Of a stretch of 64,000 nucleotides of DNA, positions 17,285 through 26,800 are shown in pieces (positions within the stretch are counted from its first letter, which is position 1; every line of letters starts with the position of its first letter). The DNA comes from an uncultured virus (IMG/VR IMGVR_UViG_3300006358_000003) (Duplodnaviria > Heunggongvirae > Uroviricota > Caudoviricetes), in the IMG/VR virus record IMGVR_UViG_3300006358_000003. One strand, 5' to 3'. The position numbers and the translations under genes are program-made. The notes under the pieces are model-generated. The model did not search any database. It was given only the letters and a program-made list of their open reading frames with translations, and had not been told where the DNA came from.

Positions 17285-19083
17285 GGGCATGTGGTCCTTG
17301 TGATAACTCCGGCGTTCGCCCATAGCGCGCAGTGTGTTGCTGGCGCGGAGGTTGGAAGATTGGCAGCCAGGACAGTGCCGCCGTCTATCGAGACGGTTTC
17401 AGCCGATGCGCCCACCGTGGTCTTGAGAGGCTGCGAGCATGTGATGTTGAGCGTCGCACCCGTGCCGACGCCGCCCGTCACAGCAGTCGGAGAAGCTGGG
17501 CACGCTGCCCCATAGCCGACCTCAAGCTGCGTGACGGTGGCAACAGCGCTGCCGGTTAAAGTGGCAGCCGTCCACAGTCCTCCGATGGAGTCCATCAACT
17601 CGTCGCCGACCTTGTAGAAGTTGCCCCCGGCAACGACGACCGCCGAAACCGTCTGAAAGTTAGGCGTGCGCAGCAGCGTTCCGCCTGCGCCATAGGTCAG
17701 CGTCGAAGGCCCTGTATTGACCTGGCCGTGACCGTCGAGCGTCCAACCCGGAGACGCCCATGCGGCGGTGGTGAAGTGGCCGATTCTGAAATCCACGCCC
17801 CAAGGCGCATAATACTTCGCAGCAGCCGTCAGCACCCCAGTGCCACCGAACGAGCCGTATACCCAAGGCTCTATCCCGATCAGGGAGGCTTGCGCCTCGT
17901 TGATATCTATAGGCCATGCGGTGTTCGCGGTGCCGAACGTGATCGCCTTACGCCGCCCACCGTGGCCCGGGGTAAAGTTCGTGGCACTGTCAAGCGACAG
18001 CATCGTATCCACGACGGTCCCGTGCCCGTCGTCGTTAAGGCCATTGTGCAACGCGAAGATCGTATCCTGTAGAGACGAGGCGCCGGTCAGATGCCGGTAA
18101 TCGAACTCGTTGCCGATACACCGGATCATAAAGATGCCGCCGCACTGGATGTCGTCATTGTGCAGCCAGTAGGCACCTTGGGCATTGGCTGCGCCCGCGG
18201 TGCCACCCTCCCCGGACGTGTAGTGTGCGAAGTTCGAGAAGGCGACGAAGTTGTTCGATCCGCTCGTGCTCGCCGCGTTCTTGTTGAACTGGTAGACGAA
18301 TGGGGTTCGCCCTCCGTCAGCCCCCGTATTGTAGTTCACCAGCCAGAAGACATCGGCGAGTTGGGTCGGCCTGGCCTCGGTGTTGAGGGTATCGGCGATC
18401 TGGATGAAGTACGGCGTGGTCGAACCCGTGTCGTTCGTGCCTTGCACGGCGATGTTCGAGAAGAACGGCGTATTTGACGCGCTCGCCGGGTTCCAGCCTG
18501 TGCCCGTTACCGCCGTATATGTGCCGGCAATGTTGATGCCCTTGTTCCCCTGCATCCATCCGTTGAAGGTGTAGAGCGGAGCGGCGAACAACGAGCCGTT
18601 GTTGAAGGTTATGCTGCCAGTCGTCCGCGTTCCCAGGAGCAACGTGCCTAGCGATGATCCGGTGTCGTCAAATGCGAACACCTGCAAGTCGTCGTCGGAA
18701 TTTGCGGTGATCGACCAGCGACGGTTGGCGTTGGCTGTGCCGCCGGTCAGGAACTGTATGACGCGCGACGAACCAGCCGCTCCGGTCACGCCAAGCGTGC
18801 CGGTGACTGAGCCGCCTGCGATCGGCAGGAATGGGCCTCCGCCACCGCCGCCGAGAACGTACGCCTGGATCTGCGCCAGGGAGAACGCCCGCGTCTGCTG
18901 GCCAGTCGGCTGCCCTGGCTGCCAGCCTACGACCGTATCAGCCGGGGTAAGGTTGGCGGCTGGCGTGCAGTTGCCGAACAATAAACCGCCGCTAACCGGA
19001 GCGGGGTAAGTCGTCTGGTTGCACTGTGCCCACGCGCCGGAGCTTATGAGCGCGAACAGGATGCCAAGGAGGGCGCGGAGCAT
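17281..19083 (-). CDS. Tail-fibre-like protein with Sec signal peptide
   Basis: MLRALLGILFALISSGAWA|Q; N-domain paralogous to 13400..17053; Gly/Thr-rich; C-terminal NLPTSAP..LWANAG. Confidence 0.75.
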   Translation of the reverse strand: MLRALLGILFALISSGAWAQCNQTTYPAPVSGGLLFGNCTPAANLTPADTVVGWQPGQPTGQQTRAFSLAQIQAYVLGGGGGGPFLPIAGGSVTGTLGVTGAAGSSRVIQFLTGGTANANRRWSITANSDDDLQVFAFDDTGSSLGTLLLGTRTTGSITFNNGSLFAAPLYTFNGWMQGNKGINIAGTYTAVTGTGWNPASASNTPFFSNIAVQGTNDTGSTTPYFIQIADTLNTEARPTQLADVFWLVNYNTGADGGRTPFVYQFNKNAASTSGSNNFVAFSNFAHYTSGEGGTAGAANAQGAYWLHNDDIQCGGIFMIRCIGNEFDYRHLTGASSLQDTIFALHNGLNDDGHGTVVDTMLSLDSATNFTPGHGGRRKAITFGTANTAWPIDINEAQASLIGIEPWVYGSFGGTGVLTAAAKYYAPWGVDFRIGHFTTAAWASPGWTLDGHGQVNTGPSTLTYGAGGTLLRTPNFQTVSAVVVAGGNFYKVGDELMDSIGGLWTAATLTGSAVATVTQLEVGYGAACPASPTAVTGGVGTGATLNITCSQPLKTTVGASAETVSIDGGTVLAANLPTSAPATHCALWANAGVITRTTCP

Positions 19084-19087
19084 CTGT

Positions 19088-19513
19088 CTAGACACCGGTA
19101 TCAAACCCGGCGCCTGATTCGTCCACCAGTGTCCCTCCGCTATCGCTCACCGCCGTTTCCGCCGTGTCCTCGTCCATCACGAACTGCGCGCCGCTGTCGT
19201 CCACGAGCTGCGTGCCTTCGTCGATCGTGAGGCCGGCGTTCTGCTGCTGCTGGCTCTGGAGGAAGCCCGGCCGCGGATCGCGCACTGGCTTGGGGTCCGG
19301 GTAGAAGCGGATCGGCTTCTTGCCGTTGGGGTTCGGCACGTCGAGGCACTCGTGGCAGACCAGGAAGCCGGTCCTGATGAGCGCCGCGCCTGCCCAGATT
19401 TTCTCCCACGACAGGTTTTCGTGAAGGTACCGAAATCCACAGAGGTCGCAGTAGGCCCATGGCCGTGGCTTCGAGATCGAGACCGGGGCTCGGGGTGAAT
19501 GCGCGATTGGCAC
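19088..19513 (-). CDS. Conserved phage CxxC...CxxC virion-associated protein with acidic tail
   Basis: AYCDLCGFRY...LVCHECLD...DPKPVRDPRP. Confidence 0.75.
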   Translation of the reverse strand: MPIAHSPRAPVSISKPRPWAYCDLCGFRYLHENLSWEKIWAGAALIRTGFLVCHECLDVPNPNGKKPIRFYPDPKPVRDPRPGFLQSQQQQNAGLTIDEGTQLVDDSGAQFVMDEDTAETAVSDSGGTLVDESGAGFDTGV

Positions 19514-19514
19514 G

Positions 19515-20048
19515 TCAGTTCACCATGCCGCTGATGAACGCCGTGGCTACGCTGCTGGTCTGCGTGAAGCAGGTCGTTGCCGTCGAGACCACGGCAGTGA
19601 TCCCGGTAGCGAATGCAGCGGGCGGGATGTTGATGTAGGCTGCCTGCGCCACGCCCCCGGAGAAGGGCACGCAGACGATTGGCGTTGATGCTCCGTCACC
19701 CGGCTTCGATGTCGCGTTGAGCACGAGCAAGAAGCCGGCGCCTGCCCCCGTCAGGTTGCTCGCGTAGACCGAGAACAGCTTTCCGGCGGACGCCTTCAGG
19801 ACCAGGGAAGCCGCAAGCGCCCCGGTGACAACCGGGGTAAGGGCAGGCTGCGTAGACGGGACGTAGGTGGTGCCGCCGCCACCACTAGAGCCACACAGCG
19901 CGCCGGTCGTGTCCACCGTGATCGGCAGCGATGCGCCTGGGGAATAGGTGATGTTCGGCGTTCCGCAGGTAGCCACCACCGACGCCGTGGACTGAGCGCG
20001 CGCGCCGAGCGGGATGAGGAGGCAGATCAGGAGGAGTAGCAGACGCAT
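19515..20048 (-). CDS. Beta-rich protein with Sec signal peptide
   Basis: MRLLLLLICLLIPLGARA|Q; VLKASAGKL..FATGITAVVST jelly-roll-like. Confidence 0.75.
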   Translation of the reverse strand: MRLLLLLICLLIPLGARAQSTASVVATCGTPNITYSPGASLPITVDTTGALCGSSGGGGTTYVPSTQPALTPVVTGALAASLVLKASAGKLFSVYASNLTGAGAGFLLVLNATSKPGDGASTPIVCVPFSGGVAQAAYINIPPAAFATGITAVVSTATTCFTQTSSVATAFISGMVN

Positions 20049-20284
20049 CGGGCACCCTCATGGTTCGAGGGCCTGCCGGCGCGGCTGGGCTGGGGAGAGA
20101 ATAGCCTAGGAGGTAAGGAATTGCCATGATAGATGGCACGGACGGCGCCAGTCCGTCCGGGAGACCGGCACCGCCCTGCTGAGGGGGAACCCCGATCCCG
20201 AAGATTACGCCGGGATCGGGGTATAGCCGATGGGGAAACGATGGCCAGCCGCAACTGACCAAGAACACCTGGCTAGAGGTCTCT

Positions 20285-20626
20285 ATGGCTCGTTCAATTC
20301 TACTCGCCGCCACCCTGGCCGCAAGCCTTATCGGCTGCGCCGCACCCGGCGATGACGGCTACTACCACAGCCCGCCGCTGGCGGAATATCTGGGCATTTC
20401 TCAAGCCGAACTGGACGCCAGATACTCCGGCCGACCGACCGGTCCGCTGCCATACGAGCCGCCGGAGCCCGGCGTGTTCGACGATCTGGGCGGCACGCCG
20501 TTCGGGGAGTACTATGATCGGCCGGTGGCTGGCCTTCCTGGCCTCGGCCGGGAGTTCGGTGGTCCCGGTTTCACATGCCTGCAGACGCCCCGCGTCCTGG
20601 GCGCGACGAACACGAGTTGCTACTGA
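20285..20626 (+). CDS. Lipoprotein moron (candidate superinfection exclusion)
   Basis: MARSILLAATLAASLIGC lipobox; GAGG RBS; opposite strand, next to ejection genes. Confidence 0.7.
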   Translation: MARSILLAATLAASLIGCAAPGDDGYYHSPPLAEYLGISQAELDARYSGRPTGPLPYEPPEPGVFDDLGGTPFGEYYDRPVAGLPGLGREFGGPGFTCLQTPRVLGATNTSCY

Positions 20627-20826
20627 TGTTCGACTGGTATCCCTGGCTCCCAGATGCCATGCAGGGGCTGGCCGTTCTCGCCACCCTGGCCGTCGCCTAC
20701 TTCTTCGGATGGCTGATCTGGCGCGGCTTCAAGGCTGTCACTGCCGAGCAGCGCGAGAAGGAAGCGGCTAGAGCAAGGTGGCAAGCAAATGCCAGGCCGC
20801 CAGGGCGGTCAGGACGAGCGCTATAG
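20626..20826 (+). CDS. Small membrane protein (moron)
   Basis: TGATG coupling; TM GLAVLATLAVAYFFGWLIW. Confidence 0.7.
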   Translation: MFDWYPWLPDAMQGLAVLATLAVAYFFGWLIWRGFKAVTAEQREKEAARARWQANARPPGRSGRAL

Positions 20827-20829
20827 GCT

Positions 20830-23800
20830 TCAAGGTTGGGTGCCCATCTGGCGTTCGACCCGCTCACGGATGCCAGCTGGCTCGCCTGGTAGGCGGCGTA
20901 ACGTCCCTGCTGACGGACCTGGATGCATCGTCTGGCGGATGTAGTAGCGCATCAGCCCTGGCGGCACGCGCAACTCACGCATGTCGGCGATCGCGCCGTC
21001 CACGTCACCCTTCCTGATCTTGTCCCGGATGTCGGGGAGAGCTTTCTGCAGATCATACTTCTCGCGCTCGGTCTGGGCGTGCATCTCGCCGGCCGCCTGG
21101 CCGCCGGGGAAGCCCTGGCTGATCTGTGCCGCTCCGGTCAGCGGGCCGAGGATCTTCATGGCGGACACATATGGATCGGCCTGCGTCTTCTCGCCGAGGA
21201 TGTGCTGATGCATCATCTCGCTAAGGCCCTGGATGAATGCTGTCGGCCCGAGGCCCTCGCCGATGTGTTTGACCACTGCGCCGGCGATGCGGAGGTGGTC
21301 GCCCAGCGTCTCCGGATTCGGCTTGTAGATGTCGCGCCCGAGCGTGTCCTTGCCGAATATCGACTCGATGATCGGCCGCACCAGAGGCGACAGCTTGTTC
21401 TCGATCATGGTGCCCGGCCTGGAGAACCAGCCGACGAACTCCTCGCCTACCTTTCCCGGTGGTAGCCGCAGATAGATCGCGCGGCCCTGACTGTCGGTGC
21501 CGGCATAGACGCGATCCTGCTTGCCAGGCTCGTTCCAATGCTGCGGGAGCACCCCGAAGATGGACAGAGGATTGTCCGCCATACCGGAGACTGCGGATCC
21601 GGCCTTGTCGATCCAGTCCTGATAGGTCTGCTGCGCGGCGGCGGGAAGCCCAAGCGTCGGGGTCTGCCGCAGCACCTGGAGACCGGCCTGCAACACGCCG
21701 TTGGCAAGGTAGAAAAGTCCAATGTCCATCGTGAACGCGGCGATGGCCTTGTTCCGCATGGCAGACTGCGCCGACTTCGCTACGTCCGGCCCGGCCATCT
21801 GCTCGATGCGGGAGCGAATGTGCGATGGCGCCCCGGACAGCATGTCCTTCATCACACCGAGGTTGCCCAGCGTGAACGACCGGGAGAACAGCAACAGGTT
21901 CGCCGCCATGTTCGCGGCGCGTCCAAGGTGCTCGGGAGGCAGCGCCCCGGCGTAGCGATTGGCGATGTGCGCCGCCATCGTGCCGGCCACCTCAGGCGCG
22001 AACCCCTTGTCGATGTAGCGCTGCCGCATCGTGTCGTAGATGCCGACCTGGAGATTGAAGACCTGATCCCATAGGAGCGCCTGGTGGGGATGCTGCACCA
22101 CATCGTGCAGGAACTGGCCGCCGATAGTCTTCGCGCCGTTCGCCACCGCGTCGCGCATGCCGGTCAGAGCGCGGACGAAGCCATTGCGTCCCTCGACGTT
22201 GGCCTGATCGGCAATCGACACCGGATCGACGTGCCAGCCCTGGCCGAGAGGAGCCAGCCCATCCGTCGTCGCCTGATCCATGTATCCAAGGTCGCGCCGT
22301 AGCCGGCTGCCATCACGCAACGCCTGGAGGGTCAATACCTTCAGCGGCATCACCGGGAGGGACCGGCCGAGTTCGACCGCAAGGTGGATGAACGGCGAGA
22401 ACATGATGGAGGTCATGACGCCGCCCTTCAGCCCCTGCGCTGCGCGATACCAGGTGGGGCTTGGCTTGGTAAGCACCGCCTTGAGCGGCCCCTCGAACTC
22501 CTTGGCGACGTGGATCGCCTGCCACCCGCTGCCCGTCCAGCGACGGAACGAAGGGTGGTCAGCCATGGTGAAGAACTCGCCAGGCTGGAGCATGCCTGGG
22601 ATGTCGCCCCGCACCACGAGGTCGACGCCGGTATCCTTTCCCACGCGCTCTATGGCGTTCATCAGGTCGACGCCGGCCATGGCTCGGTGTGAGAAGGCCA
22701 GCCGCGCAGGCAGCGAGCGGATGTCGCGGAGGATCGCCACGTCCTGCCCGAGCTTCGCCTTCGCTGCGGCCTCGGTCTCCTCCGCCGTGAGATGCTTGCG
22801 CTCCATCGGCCCCGCAGTCGTCAGGTTGCGGCCCCTCTCATCAAGGCCTCGGCCAGTGCCAGCTCCGGCACCACCTGGGCGGGTAAATCCCTCTGCCTCG
22901 GTCCAGCGGAGGATCTGGCGCGGGAAGTAGTAGGGCAGACCACGAGCATTCGGGTCGACCATGCCCCGTTCTTGCATCTGTCGCCATGTGTCCTGCGAGA
23001 TGCGGTCCAGCATGTCGATCACCTGACGCTGGTTCGCCGGCAGTGACGCGAGCCCATCGCCAGAGGCATCGAACTGCGTGCGGGCCGCGGCTTGCTGGTC
23101 TGGCGGGAGATCGCGAACCTGTTGCTCGAACGCCGATTGCGCGTCCAGCTTGGTCCCCATGGTGCGCCGTTCGTCGGCCGTGAAGTTGCGCTCGATCTCC
23201 TTGTCGATCTGGCCGAAGCGGTATTGCACTTTGCGCAGCGCGTTGGCGAAGGTGCCTGCGAACGCCTGGGCGCGTCCGCTGCCGCCCTGCATCGGGGCCA
23301 AGCCATCGGCGATCGAGCGGGTGACTTCCTTGGCAGCGTGCAGAACAGCGTCGGCCGTGCGCTGGATAGGGCCGGCCGGCGTAGTGGTGGTCGCCGGCGG
23401 CCCGGCTACCGGCCGTCTAGCGAACCCTTCCGCCCCAGGCCCAGCGCCTTCCTGTGCCGTCTGCCGCTTCTCCCCACGTAGCACGCTGTCGAACACGTCA
23501 TCCGCCGTGCGGAAGCCCTCCCCGCGCAGCAGCGAGCCGGTGCGCTCGATAAACCGCGTCATCCGATTGTATGGCTCTGGCGGCTGCAGGCCGCGCTTCA
23601 GCGCGTCCTCACCCATGCGCGCCACGGCTTCGTCGCGCAACTCCGCCTGCCCGTAGCCCGCGCGTTCCAGAGAGGCGCGGTTGCCGTCGCGCTCCAGCCA
23701 ACGGTCGGCGGCGCGATACAGAACGGCACGCTCGCCAGGACGCAGCAGCCCTAGGCGTGTGTCGGTCAGGCCATGGACGACTTCATGGAACAGCTTCCCC

Positions 23801-26800
23801 GCGATCTGCTCCGGCGGCGTGTCTAGCGCCAACTCGATCATCGACCGGGTGTATTTGCCGTCAGCCGTGCCGTCGCCTGCCGCGATCCTATCCACCAGAC
23901 GGAGCCCGACCGATGGCGGGAGGCCAGCCTCGCGCATGATCCGCTGCGCTGCGGTTGCGAGGCGGGCGCGGGCTTCGGCGTCGATCTCGCGCGGGGATTC
24001 CTCGCCGGCCCGCTTGGCGAACAGCGGGAGGCCCTCGGTCTGGACGGCGCGGCGGAGTTCGGGGGAAATGTCGAAGCTGTGGACGGGCTGCGTAATATCA
24101 GGATCTCCGGTGTTTCTCCCGTCGCCTAAATCGGCCGTGTCATAGTGCGGGTTCTCGTAACTGATTTCAGATCGCCCCACCTTCGAGCCGAACTTGCCGA
24201 CGATCTTCTGCGTCTCGGTCGGCAGCATGCGGTCGTAGAAGCCCTTCATCCCCTCGCCGCCTACCTTTAGGTCGAGGCCGGATAGCTCCCGCGTAGATCC
24301 GATATCTCGCCGCTTCTTGTTGATCTCCTCCGCCCTGTCATTGAGGTATTTGGTGGCGTAGGCTCGGGCGTCTTCTTCCGTGCTGACGGTCTGCTTTCCG
24401 ATCTCCACAGCGCGGCCATCAGGAGCAGTCACACGCCAATCTTGCGGTCTATCTTGTACCTCAAGGTCAAACTGACGGACCCGCGGCAGTTGCCTTAGCG
24501 TCTGATGTTCCTGCCTCAGAAGCCTGTCAGAAGCCTCCTTGCCGATGAGATCGGGCAATTCCTTGGCTGGGTCGGCTATCGGACGTTCGATAACCTTGCG
24601 CCCTGAGTGGTCAGTCGCCGTCAGGTAGTGGCTGCCGTTCGGGCGCTCTTGCAAGGCAAGTTTGCTGATCTGCTTGCTCAGATCATACCTCGCCGCCTGC
24701 ACCTCTCCAGGCGTCCAAGCCACGCGGTCGAACCCGTTATCCACCGCCCACTTGATGATCCGCTTCATCGTCAGTTGCGGCCAGGTGGTTTTGAACGGGG
24801 CGTCGGGGACGCGGTCGTGCGCTGCCAAACGCTCATTGGCTGCATCTGCGGCAGCCGCCGCCGCTGCTTCGTCGGGGTAGTATCGGTCATTCTCGACAAC
24901 GCCGGCGTGGTCCGCAATGACCCACCCCATGGACCTTTGGACCGGACGCAACTTCACGTCGTCGGGCAGATCCTTACTGGCCGATCCGAGATAGCCTCGC
25001 TTCCTCCCGGTCTGGTGCCAATCGCTCTGCGCCTCATCCATCAGCAGCACGCGCTTGCCGTCCGGCGCGGTGCGCTCGTCAAAGCGGATGTGCGCCAGGA
25101 CGTTCGGCTCGTCCCAATGGGCGCTGGTGAACTGCGTTTCTACCTTTCGCTGATTCTTTTCCCACTTCGCCAGCAGTGCGTCGAGCCGCGGCTGCTCGGC
25201 AGGATCGCGCGCTGTCTTGATGTCGTTCGGCCAGTCCTTCAAAAGCCCTCTAATTTGTGCGTCCAACGCCGACTGGTCGATCCCCTTCACCGGCAGCGTA
25301 ATCAGCATCTCGCGGTAGTTCTCGCCGCCCGGTAGCGAGTAGGTGCCGAACTTGGTTGGTTCTCTTGCGACGTTCTCTCGCGCGCTCTGAACAGCCTGCC
25401 ACACCCTGTCATCGCTAATGTCGCCGAAACCTTCATCCGTGCTCGGGTTGTATTTTCGCCAAGGCGCGACATCCTCCCGCTTGGTCAGCGTGCCCAGAGC
25501 GTAGGAGTTCTGCTGCGCCCACGCCTCCGGGCTTCCTGGCGTGAAGTCGCCTTTCACCACCTCTCGCACATCCAGCGAGTTGGCACGCACGTAATCCTGT
25601 ATCTCCGCCTTCGTTACCGAGGGGCGGTTGCGCAGGAAGTCGTCTAGCCCCAGCCACTTGATCTCCTCCGGCTTCACGCCGGGCGTCTTCTGGAGCATGG
25701 CGAGCATCTGCTGCCCGCTGCCCTTGGCCTGCTTCAGCGCATCGGTAGCGCGTTCCACGGCGCTGTAGAGCGGCACGCGGGGAGGCTCCTCGCGGCGGGA
25801 GAACTGAATGCGCGAGTCGTTGGGGTCAAACGTGCCGCGGTTGCCAATGGCGGATTTGATCTGCTCAGGGTCGAAAGCGACGATCTCACTAAGCCCACCA
25901 TCCCCATGGGAGTATGGCAGGATGATCCCGTCATAACCCTTGGCTCGCAGTTCTTCGGTAGCCTGTGCGGCTGCCGCTGGGTTTCGACGCGATGCCAGCA
26001 TAAGCCTTTCTTTGTCGGCAATCGTCGCTTGGTAGGGGTTCTTGATCTTCAGATACACCGGCATAATGTTTGGACGTTCGCCAGCCTTCATGGTGGCGTA
26101 ATCGCCAGCTAGGTCCGGCGCATTCCAGAAGTAGAACCCCCTGCCTAGCCAGCCTGCATCTTTCCGGTTCGGTCGGTCATGTTCAAATGTCTCAAACGAG
26201 TCCGCCGTCCCATGATAGACACGCAATGGCTTGCCATCTGCATCTACGATCTTTGACGCCCCGAACCACCGCTTGAACTCCGGCGTCTCGGTCGGATCGC
26301 GCCGCGAGAACATCGACGGCTGCTCATCCGGCGTCGCGAATAGCCCTTCGTCCGCCTTCGCCTGCGGTGTCTTGGGTGCGAGCGCGCCACGCCCAGCCTG
26401 ATCGCGCGCGGCCTGCGCCTGCACGGCGGCGTCCGCTTTGCCGAACATATCGACCTGGCGCGGGTCGGTGCGGATGGTGTGCTCGGTCGGCGGCTTCTCC
26501 TGCCGTTCGCGCTCGGGCTCGCCGAACAACGGGGCGCCCGTGGTCTGCGGGCGGGGTGGACGGCGGGCAAACTGGGCGGGTGGCTGCGGCTGTCTTACGA
26601 ACTCTGCGGTGCTAGAGAAGTCCTTGTTGCGGCCCATGTTCTTAACGAAACCGAGCGACTGATAAAACCGCTCCAGCCTTCGCTTGGATATTCCGGTATC
26701 CATGGGATCAGCGTTAAGGAATAACGTGGCGCCTTCCTGATCCGCCTTAGCTATGAATTGCTCCATAGCCCGGCGCGCTTCTCCCCGACCACGGTCAGAG

